Shown one piece after another: positions 19,075 through 30,715 of a stretch of 64,000 nucleotides of DNA; the stretch's first letter is position 1, and each line of letters starts with the position of its first letter. The notes under the pieces were generated by a model that made no database searches, was not told where the DNA came from, and saw only the letters and a list, made by a program, of their open reading frames with translations. Source of the stretch: a virus; IMG/VR virus record IMGVR_UViG_3300045988_090087. One strand, given 5' to 3'. A program made the position numbers and the translations under genes.

Positions 19075-19445
19075 AATTAAGACTGGACGAATATTATTAC
19101 ATACTTAACATAAATTATGGATGGGAAGAAATAGAAGACTATATGCCTGATGATATTGCAGACAAATATCTAGAATTTTGTGAATCCCATAACTCAGATG
19201 AAGTATATGATTATTTAAAAAGATTATATTCATATATACAGGTAATAAACCTCGAATATACTATTCTTGATATTGATTCAGAGAAAGGTTATGTTGAATA
19301 CAAGGCAATTATAAAAGTCAATAATAAGTATTATTCTTTTGATTATTATCAAAGTCCATATTGGAATTTTAAAGACACAGTAGATGAAGACACAGATTTA
19401 ACAGAAGTATTTCCAAAAGAAGTAACTACAGTTATATATGTATAA
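19071..19445 (+). CDS. Hypothetical protein
   Basis: ORF 124 aa. Confidence 0.6.
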   Translation: MKLRLDEYYYILNINYGWEEIEDYMPDDIADKYLEFCESHNSDEVYDYLKRLYSYIQVINLEYTILDIDSEKGYVEYKAIIKVNNKYYSFDYYQSPYWNFKDTVDEDTDLTEVFPKEVTTVIYV

Positions 19446-19466
19446 TCAATCAATAACTATATTAAT

Positions 19467-19776
19467 ATGAATGAATCTTTAAAAAAAATATTCTAATATA
19501 TTTAAACAAATAAAAGATTGCAAATATCCTGACATTACTGTAGAAATTGAAGACTATCCAAGATATAATCCATTTAATATTCATTTAATTATAAGAAATA
19601 AAGATAATCCTTGGTATATAAAATTTGTAACCTCTTCCCAATACCCTTATTATGAGGCATTATGTGGAGAAGAATTACAAAGATATATAAAAAATGCTAG
19701 ACAATTTTTTAAAACAACAAAGAATGAAAAAAATTTTTATTTTTCTAGTAGCTATGGCGTGCTTAACGTCTTGTAA
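19467..19776 (+). other. Candidate frameshifted CDS: ATG at 19467, long open frame 19483-19776 lacking its own start
   Basis: MNESLKK then A8 tract (19481-19488), then YSNIFKQIKDCKYPDITVEIEDYPRYNPFNIHLIIRNKDNPWYIKFVTSSQYPYYEALCGEELQRYIKNARQFF... in another frame. Confidence 0.5.
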
Positions 19777-20170
19777 AGAACAGTTTTCTAATGGAGAACG
19801 TGTTGGTACTGTAACTAAATTTAGTAAAGCAGGAGTTTTCTGGGATTCATGGGATGGATTACTTAATGTTACCCAGACTGGTATGAATTCTAGTGGAGAA
19901 CCATTTGCTTTTTCAATGGATAATGATCGTAATGATCAGCAAAAACTTATTGATACATTAGTTAAAGCCCAAGTAGAGGGTTGGAAAATTAAAATTAAAT
20001 ATCACCAAGTTTGGGGATGTAAAAATGTATTTAAAAATAGAGGAGAAAGTGATTATTTTGTAGATGATGTAATTATTCTTGATAAGAACTTCTCAAAAAT
20101 TGGAGATATTGTAAAGGGAACTAATAAAACAGTTCCTCATGATACATTATATGTAAAAATAGTTAAGTAA
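19724..20170 (+). CDS. Putative lipoprotein (ATG 19724 preferred over the track start 19694)
   Basis: MKKIFIFLVAMACLTSCKEQF: signal peptide with lipobox LTSC. Confidence 0.7.
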   Translation: MKKIFIFLVAMACLTSCKEQFSNGERVGTVTKFSKAGVFWDSWDGLLNVTQTGMNSSGEPFAFSMDNDRNDQQKLIDTLVKAQVEGWKIKIKYHQVWGCKNVFKNRGESDYFVDDVIILDKNFSKIGDIVKGTNKTVPHDTLYVKIVK

Positions 20171-20171
20171 C

Positions 20172-21059
20172 ATGAAGTTAATTAAACAGTCATTTGAATT
20201 TATCAATCAAACAGATTTCTCTTTAGTGGGAATTAAAAAGCATATTGAAAGATGTGCACGAGTTAGTTATAAAAGCGAAGATAAGATTACAGATACCTCT
20301 TATGAGAAGTTTGTAAATATGCTAGAGTCTAGAGGGCATGATAGACCTCTTGAGTTTGGCACTGTGTATTTATCTAGAACTTCTCAAAAAGAGGATAATA
20401 TGGAATGGCTTGACAAATATGCTTATAATCCTTGGAGTAAATTTAGTTTTGGAAATGGTAGTACTAGAATAAATGGAGAACTTAGAAATACTGTTTATGT
20501 GACTACTAATTACAGAGTGATTAAAGAGCATCATTGGGAGGATGACTTACAATATCTTTGTGAGCCTACTGAATATCATTATAAAAGATATACAATTCAC
20601 ATGATTCTCGATCGCGGAGTTATGGATGAGTTTAGAACTCATGTAGGATTGTCTCATTTGGCTGAAAGTACTCGTTATTGTAATTACTCCAAGGATAAAT
20701 TTGGCAATGAGATTACCTTTATTAAACCATGCTGGTGTAATATTCCTGAAGGAGACTATGATACGCCAGATTATACTCCTGATAGGCTACCTCGTATAGG
20801 AGCAGCAGAATCAGGACTTATTGACGCTCTTCAATATGCAGAATATTACTATTTCTTTCTTTTATCTGAAGGATGGACACCTCAGCAAGCTCGTTCTGTA
20901 CTTCCTCTAAGTATTAAGTCAGAACTTATCTCTTGTGGATTTGAAGATGTTTGGACTAATTTCTTTTACCGTAGAGATGCTCCTGATGCGCACCCAATGG
21001 CTCAAGAAATAGCTAAACCAATGCACAAAAAATTCATTGAATTAACTGAAATGAAATGA
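20172..21059 (+). CDS. thyX: FAD-dependent thymidylate synthase
   Basis: ESRGHDRPLEFGTVYL; LSHLAESTRYCNYS; PQQARSVLPLSIKSEL (ThyX-like pattern). Confidence 0.85.
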   Translation: MKLIKQSFEFINQTDFSLVGIKKHIERCARVSYKSEDKITDTSYEKFVNMLESRGHDRPLEFGTVYLSRTSQKEDNMEWLDKYAYNPWSKFSFGNGSTRINGELRNTVYVTTNYRVIKEHHWEDDLQYLCEPTEYHYKRYTIHMILDRGVMDEFRTHVGLSHLAESTRYCNYSKDKFGNEITFIKPCWCNIPEGDYDTPDYTPDRLPRIGAAESGLIDALQYAEYYYFFLLSEGWTPQQARSVLPLSIKSELISCGFEDVWTNFFYRRDAPDAHPMAQEIAKPMHKKFIELTEMK

Positions 21060-21295
21060 TTACTTTAATTATAATATACATAGCATCAATTATAGGAGCT
21101 ATATTAAGTATTAGATACGATGATGACTTTTTCGACGAAAAGCCTTGGACATTATTTTTAGTATTTTGTCCAGTAGTTAATACAGGTCTATCTATACTAG
21201 AATTAATCATACAACTATCATTATTATTGGATATAGTTATACATCTGAATTTAGATAAAAAATTTTATAAATTAATTAGGTTAGGACGAAAATAA
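21056..21295 (+). CDS. Hypothetical membrane protein
   Basis: 79 aa with two hydrophobic stretches. Confidence 0.6.
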   Translation: MITLIIIYIASIIGAILSIRYDDDFFDEKPWTLFLVFCPVVNTGLSILELIIQLSLLLDIVIHLNLDKKFYKLIRLGRK

Positions 21296-21507
21296 TGAAT
21301 CAATCAATTCCTATTAGTTTATCATATAAAAGAAAACCTTTTGATGCTATGGATGGATTATCCTCAAGTGCATCCTATAATACTATGCCAGAATTCAATG
21401 GAGTTACTGAGGTATACTCTAATAGAAAGACTAATATAGATATTTTAGGAGCTAATAAAAATAGCTTCGATAAATCTTTAACAATATTTTATATTAATGT
21501 ACAGTAA
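21295..21507 (+). CDS. Hypothetical protein
   Basis: ORF 70 aa. Confidence 0.5.
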   Translation: MNQSIPISLSYKRKPFDAMDGLSSSASYNTMPEFNGVTEVYSNRKTNIDILGANKNSFDKSLTIFYINVQ

Positions 21508-22579
21508 TACAATACAAGCTAGAATAGAGGCAACATTAAAAGAATTATATAAAGTACATGATACTGTATTTAAACCAGCAGTGATGTATACTATGTATAG
21601 TAACATTCGTGCTTATTTTATAATATTAGATAAAGATAATAAAGCACAACTTTTAAATGCTTTTAATCCTAGAGTAGTAGAACATGAGGATAAATTAGAA
21701 TTAGATAGTGTAACTGATAGTCCTCGTATTTATCAAGAGTACTTCATAAAGGAATTTTCTGATAATGTAGATTATGGAATTTATATTGATGAAGATGAAA
21801 TAGGTCATTATTTTACAGCATATGGAGAAGTTCAAATATTTAGTACTTATATTCAAGTAAATTATAACGATTATAAGCAAGCTGAAAAACTTTTAGAATT
21901 TGTAAAACCACTACCTGAGGATACTGATAAAATTGTAACTTATGATTTAGTAGTATCTACTAATACAGGATTCAGTACTACGGAATGTACAAGTTCTAAA
22001 AATATTGATATTGATGTAAAAAAGAACTACAATGATGATTTACCTTATGATAAATATAAGGAGTTTTGTGAAAAAGACGGTTCTGGTTTAGCGCTAATGT
22101 TCGGAATTCCTGGAAGTGGAAAGACGAGCCTCATAAAAAAGCTTATTTATGATTGTTCTGATACTAATTTTTATATAATGGATTTTTCTATGTTACAAAA
22201 TATAATTTCAGGACAATTTTTATCTTTTCTCTTAGGATTAAAGAATGCTGTAATTATAATGGAAGATTGTGAATATGTATTAAAACGTAGAGATACTCAT
22301 GAAAATCCGCTGATTAATTCTCTTCTAAATATTACAGATGGATTAGTTGGGGATGCTTTAAACATACGATTTTTATGTACTTTTAATGCAGCATTAACAG
22401 ATATAGATGAAGCTTTATTAAGACCTGGAAGACTCAAAGTAAAATATGAGTTTAAAGCTCTAAATAAAGATAAAACTAAAGCTATATGTGGGGATGATAA
22501 AGCTGAAACTTTAGCAGAAATTTATAATAGAGATAAAATAGATTTTAATAAAAAGGAACAAAGAAAGATTGGTTTTTAA
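21497..22579 (+). CDS. AAA+ ATPase
   Basis: Walker A FGIPGSGKTSLIKK; Walker B-like AVIIMEDCEYVL; sensor FLCTFNAALTDIDEALLRPGRLKVKYEF (arginine-finger-like RPGR). Confidence 0.88.
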   Translation: MYSNTIQARIEATLKELYKVHDTVFKPAVMYTMYSNIRAYFIILDKDNKAQLLNAFNPRVVEHEDKLELDSVTDSPRIYQEYFIKEFSDNVDYGIYIDEDEIGHYFTAYGEVQIFSTYIQVNYNDYKQAEKLLEFVKPLPEDTDKIVTYDLVVSTNTGFSTTECTSSKNIDIDVKKNYNDDLPYDKYKEFCEKDGSGLALMFGIPGSGKTSLIKKLIYDCSDTNFYIMDFSMLQNIISGQFLSFLLGLKNAVIIMEDCEYVLKRRDTHENPLINSLLNITDGLVGDALNIRFLCTFNAALTDIDEALLRPGRLKVKYEFKALNKDKTKAICGDDKAETLAEIYNRDKIDFNKKEQRKIGF

Positions 22580-22778
22580 ATTATCAGATAAGGAGTGTCA
22601 AGCAGCTAAAGAGTTTATAAAAGAACATAATAAGCAGTGCGACACTCCTTATTCAGGAGCTAATGGTTGTCCAAAATTTAGTTATATATTCTCACCTTTT
22701 GGACTAGGTACTTTTGTAGGAATAAGATGTAATGTTTGTAAGAATGAAAAGGATATAACTGATATTAATACATGGTAA
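22569..22778 (+). CDS. Small cysteine-rich protein
   Basis: 69 aa; CSDTPYSGANGCPKFSY...CNVCKNEK-type Cys spacing. Confidence 0.55.
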   Translation: MVFKLSDKECQAAKEFIKEHNKQCDTPYSGANGCPKFSYIFSPFGLGTFVGIRCNVCKNEKDITDINTW

Positions 22779-23314
22779 TAATAGGAATTTCTGGAAAAGC
22801 TACTTCAGGTAAAGACACTGTAGCTAATTATTATAGTAGATTTAGTAAAGCACATTGTACTACTTTACATTTTGCAGATTCTTTAAAAGATTGCTGTCAA
22901 GGATTACTTATACCATTTGGTACTTATGATATGTCTCTACAAGAGACTAAGAAGTTAACTATTCCTTGGATGGGTAAAGGTTATACCGTTAGAAATTTAC
23001 TGCAAGATGTTGGCAATGCTTTTAGACAAAGTATTACTGAAGATTTTTGGGTAAATATTATGATTGGTAAGATTGCAGCTATTAAAAAGAATGGTTCTAT
23101 AGATACTATATTAATTCCAGATGTTCGCTATCCTAACGAATTTAAAATGATAAAAGATTTAGGAGGAGAAGTATGGAGAGTAGAAAGACCTAATATTACA
23201 TTAATGGACCACATTAGTGAGACAGCATTAGATGATTATACTTTTGATAAGATTATTCAAAATAATGGAACTATAACTGATTTACAAAATAAAATTAAAT
23301 GTCTAAGTATTTAG
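22772..23314 (+). CDS. Deoxynucleoside monophosphate kinase-like P-loop protein
   Basis: IIGISGKATSGKDTVANYYSRF...TLHFADSLKD; DVRYPNEF; ends at tandem TAG-TAA. Confidence 0.8.
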   Translation: MVIIGISGKATSGKDTVANYYSRFSKAHCTTLHFADSLKDCCQGLLIPFGTYDMSLQETKKLTIPWMGKGYTVRNLLQDVGNAFRQSITEDFWVNIMIGKIAAIKKNGSIDTILIPDVRYPNEFKMIKDLGGEVWRVERPNITLMDHISETALDDYTFDKIIQNNGTITDLQNKIKCLSI

Positions 23315-23475
23315 TAACTACTAGTAAAGATGTAATTAAATATATATCTTATATTGTAGAAGCCAACTCTCAAGAAGAAGCTGAAGAAAATTGGTGGAGA
23401 GGAGAAATGGCAGATGAATGGTATGAATCATCAGGAGATACTTATGTTGAAGAATCTGAAGAAGTAACAGACTAA
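23299..23475 (+). CDS. Small hypothetical protein (58 aa)
   Basis: MSKYLVTTSKDVIKYISYIVEANSQEEAEENWWRGEMADEWYESSGDTYVEESEEVTD*. Confidence 0.55.
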   Translation: MSKYLVTTSKDVIKYISYIVEANSQEEAEENWWRGEMADEWYESSGDTYVEESEEVTD

Positions 23476-23687
23476 TGTTTAAAATAAATTTATTAGACGT
23501 AAATGTAGTAGAAGCACAAAAGTGCTGTGATTATTTTGATCAAGGATATGTTTATACAGAAGAAATATATCCGGAGTTGTTTAATAATCCACATGCTAAA
23601 ATTACTATGGTGGGAAAAATAGATATCAGTATATTACAAGATTTAGTAGAAGAAAATAATTTAATTAATACCTTATATTGGTATTAA
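23475..23687 (+). CDS. Hypothetical protein
   Basis: ORF 70 aa; last gene of the + strand module. Confidence 0.55.
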   Translation: MFKINLLDVNVVEAQKCCDYFDQGYVYTEEIYPELFNNPHAKITMVGKIDISILQDLVEENNLINTLYWY

Positions 23688-23694
23688 ACATTTA

Positions 23695-23741
23695 AAGGGG
23701 CGTAGCTCAGGAGAAATCCTGGGTTACGCCCCTTATTTTTT
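23695..23741. terminator. Bidirectional intrinsic terminator at the convergence of the two modules
   Basis: 18-bp stem with GAAA loop: AAGGGGCGTAGCTCAGGA-GAAA-TCCTGGGTTACGCCCCTT, then TATTTTTTTT on +; A-rich flank (ttaaa) on the other side. Confidence 0.88.
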
Positions 23742-26700
23742 TTAATTTTCTTTATAATAAGCTTTAGTAGCCTACTTATACATAGCTAATGACGGAACAT
23801 TATTTACAATATATTCACCCCAATGTTTATTAGGGTCTGTAGCAGTATTGAACATATTTTTAATTAACTATGTTGGATAACTCTAGTATGGTATAGTCAT
23901 ACCATCACTTGCACCACTTCCAGCAAAATACTCTGGAATAACGAACAACTCGTGAAAGTTCTAAGTAGACTATTTACCTCCATTATATACTACATAAGTC
24001 ATAGCGCTTGCTAATACATCATCACTACTATAAGATTTCATTATTTCTTTATATCCAGGATCGAATATGTTTTTAAATAAAATACTCATAAAAGCAGCCC
24101 ATAATAAATTAACAAAAGCTTTTCTAAGATTAGCCTTATCATTAGGATTAGCATTTAACATTTCTTTTATTTTTTTAATTTTGTCATCCTAATTAGTATC
24201 AGATAATATTCCTAATATATCACCAAAAGTATAAATTATTCCCTAAACTACTATAGGTATATTATCCATTACTGGAATTCCTGTATTTTCTGTAGTAATA
24301 GTTCCATCTTCAGTAAAATATAATAGTTGCCCTGCTTCATTTTTCTACTATTCTAATTTATCTCCTTTTATAACTCTCTTTTTACTAAACCAGTTAGCGA
24401 TAATACCATTAGAATATGTAGTAAACTAAGCAAAAGACATACCTATAGCCATGTTTTCTGCCATCATTCTACCACCTCTATCATAATTACCATATATACT
24501 ATCAGCAACTTGCTTAATTTTATCAATAGTTTCTAATGAATAAGGTGATGGAAGATCTTCATTATATCCAATAGGTGAATCAATATGTTCTTTATTATAG
24601 GCTCGTATAGTTGATAAATATAATGACTTAGCTTTATTATATTTTTCACTTCCTTTAGGGGCTTTTAATATATCTTGAAATCTTTTATCTTTTTTCCAGT
24701 CATATTTAATTTTACCATCTTTATCTAAAGATAAAGCATCCCAAACACCATCCTATAAAGCTCTTGCTACAAATAGAGTCATTCTATTTAAAAAATCAGG
24801 GCGTTTCATGGTATTATAAGCTATATCATCCCAATGGTTAATACCACTTTTATCAGTTCTTAATCCATTAGCAATGTTGGCAAAGTCTAAGTTAGATAAA
24901 CCATATTTAATACATAATTGATTTAATAAAGAGATAGTTCTTACATTAGTACAACTACCCTTCATTACTATATAATACGCGGCTGTTAAATTAGCCGTAG
25001 AAATATCTGTACCATACTTAGTAGCAGATTTAATATAGTTCTATTGGAATCCTTCTAAGGTATCTCTAAACATAGATTTAATATTAAAACTTAAAAACAT
25101 CTTAGATACAAAATGCTTAATAGGATTAATTACTGTAAAGAATTTTTTAGAAGTTTCCTCTAATATAGTATCATTAAATACATTTACAGTTAAATATTTA
25201 TCAGCCTCTTTCTAAAACCATTCAAGATATTTAAAATTTCCAGAATTTAAAGCCAACATTTTAGCCTAGAACATTACTGACTTAATTAATATTAATGATT
25301 TATTAAATTCTTGGGTTAATATATTAGCATTAATATAACTATATAACAATGCTGGAATATTAGTTTCCCAATAATCATTAGTATGTTGATTTAATATTTC
25401 CTACCTAACATTTTTATCAGAAGACATACTAGAAGCAAAAGGATTAGTTACTCCATTTTCGAATCTATCTCTCATAGATACATTAGCCCCTTCTTTATCT
25501 AAAGTTTGTTGCCATTTAGCAAATACATTATCTTCTTTAGAGGTAAGTCCTTTAATAGTATCAAAAAATTGATTTACACCATTCTTTAGTGATTTTACGG
25601 ATAAAGTAGGAGAAGCTCTTTTTAAAGGTACATAACGTAATACTTCCTATTCTTCTACAGCTTTAGCAAATTCTGGATCTTCATAGCTTGTAAAATCAAA
25701 TTTTTTATTATGCATAGAGTATGTTACTTTAGCAAGCTCGAATAAAGCTTTTTTAAGAAAAAGTTTTTCATGAGAACTCATGTAATTAGCAGCATCATTC
25801 TTATAAGGATTTTTAAACATCATTATTTTTTCTCCCCTATCATTATGCATAAACATATTATCGAAATATTTGTTTTCATCTCCTATTAAAGACCCTTCTA
25901 CTGTAGAATATCCTGCCTATTTAAAATAATCTCTAGTAAAATTTTGAATAGGATTTGCAGCATCCATCACTCTTTCGTTAGCTCTGAAAGTTGTCTAAGT
26001 AACAATTTGTTTAATAGTTCTATAATTATTATCTGAATTAGCATCAGGTTTTATTATATTACTTTCTAGCCAACTTAGGGGTTTATATTTAGTTTCTACA
26101 TAGACTCCCATTAACTTGTTATATTCATAACATGCCTAATTATAAATATTAGCTAACATCTTAGTATTATCGTTGGCATAAGTTAAATCAGATGTTCCAT
26201 TTTGCAGATTTTTTATTACGGGATTATTCTATAAATATTCAAGAAAAGATTGTAAAGCAGCTCTTCTAGCTGATTCAGAGTTAGCATTTTCTAACTATTC
26301 CTTAGCATCTTTTAATTTATAACGTATAGGATTAGTTTCTAAATAAGAAGAAGTAGTTAAGAAATTACTTATATAATCAGTAATTAATTCATACTAATCT
26401 ACAAAGTTGATATTGTCAAAATTATTATTTAACTTTACTCCACTATTATATTTATTTACTACTTCTAATATAGGTGAATAATATTTAGTAATTAAATCTG
26501 AAGCAGTACTATACATTCCCTAACCTCTACCATAAGTAGATATTACCTAAATATTACCTAATTTAAAATTACCATCTAATTGTGGTAATATCTCATTTAA
26601 TATATTTAATGTACGAATCTATTCCATATGTCCAAAAGAACAGTCATAATTATATAGATTACCAGATTGATTATCCATAATATAACTATTCATAATATTT

Positions 26701-28397
26701 GAACCATTACTTCTATGTTTATTTACCTCATATAGATTATAATTAGCTAATGATACTACATCTATCTATCCTTTACTATTCTGAAACAATAAAATGTGGG
26801 CATTTCTTAAAGCTTCATTATCAATAATATTCCATTCATATACTGGATCTCCTCCTATATAAGTAGGTTCAATATATTTACCAAGTAAAGAAACTAATCT
26901 ATAATTACTTCTTTTAAAAGCTTCAAATGTAGTATTCTAAGGATTGTGTCTTGCTACCTAAATCTATTTTACTAAAGTATCAAGTACTGTACTTATCTAT
27001 TTTTCCTTTTTATCAAATTCTTTCTATAATAATTCTTTTAATTCAATATTATTTTTAGGTAAAGAATCTTCTTTTATTTTATGAATTTCTCCGTCAATAG
27101 TTACAGCATAATTATATCCCTATGGATCATCTTCTAGTTTTACTATATCACCAGTACCAGTTCTAGGATTATATTGTTGAGAAATATAACTATCAATAGT
27201 TTTAGTAATTCTATTCTAAGTAATATTAGCATTTAAAAACATTAAATTAGTTTTATCTAATGCTGTCTATATTTTGTCATCAATATTACCAAAACTTAAA
27301 TCAGGAGTATCTATATAAGCTTCAACTGCCTCATCTATATTTCCTAACTAGTACTCTCCTTGGACCTAGATATTTTTTGGATAATCCATACGAATATCTT
27401 TTATAGAACCATCATCATTATATACTATCTATGTAGGAATTAAATGTAAACTAATTTTATTAGCATTAAATCCTTTAGCCTATAATATTTTCTTTAAAAA
27501 AGCTAGTTCTAATTCAAATTTCTACTTCTTTATTTTTATCCAATATTCATAAGGCTAACTAGATACTACATTCTAATATATAGCAATATTTCCATATTTA
27601 TCTACAATTATCTAGTCTATGTGTCCACGTAATTTTATTCCATCTTTTGTTAATGCATGAGTAACTGCAATATTACGCACTCGACTAGTACTAGTTCCCA
27701 TTTTATTTTCTCTAGCAGTTATTATTCTAGACTATAAAATTTGAGAACCTAAATTATTATTATTACCAACACTTTGTAAAACTCTATTAAAGCTATTTAA
27801 TAAAGATTCCTAAAAATCAGTACTTAAATTACTCAACTTACGTTTAGTAATATCTTCAGTTAATTTTGTTATCTATTTACCTATAAGTAAAGATACTTGC
27901 ACATTCCAAGTATATGGATCATTTACATTTGAAATCTCTAAGTTATTAACTAAATAATGTATTACATAAGCATCAGCTCCGACTAATTTAAATCTTTCAA
28001 ATTCTTGAGCTATCTAATCTTCAGTATAACCTCTTTTTCTTAAAGCATCTTTATAATTTTCATCATTCATTTTAGTATAATACTTCTAATTTGGATCAAA
28101 GTACTAACTATCTAAGAAATGCTAAATATTATATACTCCTGATTCTGGATCATCAGCTACTACATTACCCCATTTATCAAAAATAAGAGGACTAGATTTT
28201 AAATTTACTAGTTTATTATATACCTCAGTTTGTGCTGAAAATAAAGTGTCGCTATATTTAGTTAAATCTATATTATCAGATATTAAATTATGTAATTCAA
28301 AATAAGATAATCCTTCATCTCCTGCTAGTTTACTAAATATCTGATATAATTCATCAGATTTTTTAGATACCCCTTTAAAAAAATATTTACAACTCAT
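23742..28397 (-). CDS. Giant virion/RNAP-associated protein, 1551 aa with TAG=Gln
   Basis: TAG-readthrough frame containing track fragments 23970-24161, 24753-24965, 25647-25856 and 28122-28403. ATG 28397 has an AGGAG 8 nt upstream; ends YKQATKAYYKEN*. Confidence 0.75.
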
Positions 28398-30715
28398 TGA
28401 CAAATCTCCTAAATAATATTATTTTGTAATGCTGTCTTTAAAAAGTTAGTAATCTAACGTTCTGTATTATTAGTATTTATTTTATAAGAACTATTTACAG
28501 CAAAATCTGTAAAATCTAAAATATTTTCTTTTAAATCCTAGTTAAAAGTGTTATTCTAAATAAATTTTCTAAAATCTCTAAATATTTTAGGGTATGTATT
28601 AGGATTTAATGAAGTAAGATATTCTCCCATTATATTAGCAGCAACTTCTTCATATAAATCAATTCTAGCTAAATCAGAATATTCAGAAACATTTTGATAC
28701 TCCTATAATTGCTACTGTCCCTATTCAGTGTTTTCTACTAAATCTTGTAATAAATCAAAATAATCTTCCTACAAATCTGGCTAGCTTTTTACAATACCCA
28801 TAAATACGTGCATATATTCATGTGCTACATCTTGTTTAGTAGCTAATTCAAGATTAATTACAATTTCATTATTACTAATAAAAGCCTTTTTATCAGCAAA
28901 CTATTCACCATAATTTTCAGATATAGCCTATTTATTTAATACCTAAGTTGGTATTCCAAATCTAGACTCAATCTTATTAGCAAAATAAGTTAATCTCTAA
29001 GGCATAGAAACCCATCCTATAGGACTGCTAGTAGCACTTCTTACATTAGGTATTTGTTGTAACTATATAGTATACTATAAGCCCTAACTCTAGTCTACGT
29101 TATTAACATAGTAATAATTATAATTATTAAGATTATCAACAAATTCTGTTAAATCCTCCTACACACCTTTATCTATACCTTCTTGTACTTTAGCCGCTGT
29201 TAATAAAATTTTTTCTAAGCTATCTAACTAAGTAGTATCTACAGTGTCATTATGTTTTTGTATAAACTTTAATCCCTATTCGGCGTTATAGTTCTAAATC
29301 TCTTTAGTAAATGCTTTAGAATTTATCTAAACATTTATAGCTCTAATAACCTAACCAGGTAATATGGTAGAGTTATGAGTAGATAAACTAAACTATACAC
29401 CATGTTCATTAGGCATATATAAGTCTAATAGTAATCCTTTTTTTAAAATATCTTCTTTAAAAGACTTATCAATAAAATCTCTAGCTTGCTATAAACTATC
29501 ATAAGTTTTTCCTACATTCTAATCAGTAAAAACTCCTCTAGCTACCATAAATTTAGTAGTACCATTTATTACTGCCGAATATATATTATAACCTTTGTAT
29601 TCCTATTCCTGATGAGGATATGCCTCTTTAGATGCTATAGTATATCCATATTTAGTTTCAAATGTAGAAGGCTAAATATTAAAATATATATTACCATTAT
29701 AAATAGCTTCTATCTAAATACCTTTAGTACTTAAATTTTCCTAACCATCAGTGTTCCAAAATAACTATCGTAATACTGAATTTACTTTAATCTATATAGC
29801 ACTTGGATCAGGATTATCTTTTGAAAAATACTTTTCATATAATTCAGGAGAAGCCTATTTTGTTAATGTTTTTAATTGCTATAAAGTGATAGCTCTATAA
29901 GTAATTTCATTAAATTTTTTATAAGAAGTATGCATCATTAGAGCATTAGCAAAAGGAGTTCCATATTCTCTAGGAGGGTCATAATCATTTAAAGAATTTA
30001 ATGCTTCTTTTATTTTTCTAATACGTTCTACATTTTGTTTAAAGTTAGCATTTTTTCCTGATAATAAATATTCATAAAAACTTTCAGGATTCTATAAATA
30101 TTTAGCAAGAACTTCTCTGGCAGTTTTAATACTTCCTTCGTATTCTCCTATGACTTTTTTACTAGAAGATTTAGTAAAAAAATATGATGAAAACTTTCTT
30201 AACCAAGCTTCATCAGATTGCTCTAATTCCTATATAAAATTTATAAAGTTACTTGGAATATCGTTATCCTAAATTGTTTTAAGTTTATTTAAATAATTTA
30301 TAAACTATTTTTCTCCGCCTCTTTGTACTATATATAAATCATTACCCTAAACATCTTTAGTAGAATATACTAAAGAAGTGTCAGTTCCATTAGTTTTTAT
30401 TTCATCCACATATAATACATTTATATTTTCTAATTCAGGAGCTGTAGGAAACTTATTACGAAATTCTCTATAAGTCATATTCGGAAGGAAAAACTATTTA
30501 CTGTCAGTAAGTCCTTCCATATCTTTATTTACGTATATTGAAGTATTATTAATACCCTAAGCACGTATAGCATTAATAAATTCTTCAGTCTTACCCTATT
30601 TATTTATTTCCTATATAAGATTGGAGTAATCATAAAAACTTTGGATGGAATCTTCTTCTATTCCATCCAAAGTAATTTTATTACTACCAATATTTAATGT
30701 GATAGTACAACTCAT
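28394..30715 (-). CDS. 773-aa protein with putative zincin HExxH domain (TAG=Gln)
   Basis: Starts MSCTITLNIGSNKITLDGIEE...; contains ELATKQDVAHEYMHVFMGIVKSQPD...LYEEVAANIMGEYL; stop TGA overlaps the next ATG (ATGA). Confidence 0.7.

Noticed and set aside
23697-23732. GGGGCGTAGCTCAG resembles a tRNA 5' end, possibly a suppressor tRNA
   Set aside because: The segment is only ~36 nt and folds as one continuous 18-bp hairpin with a GAAA loop. There is no anticodon or T arm.
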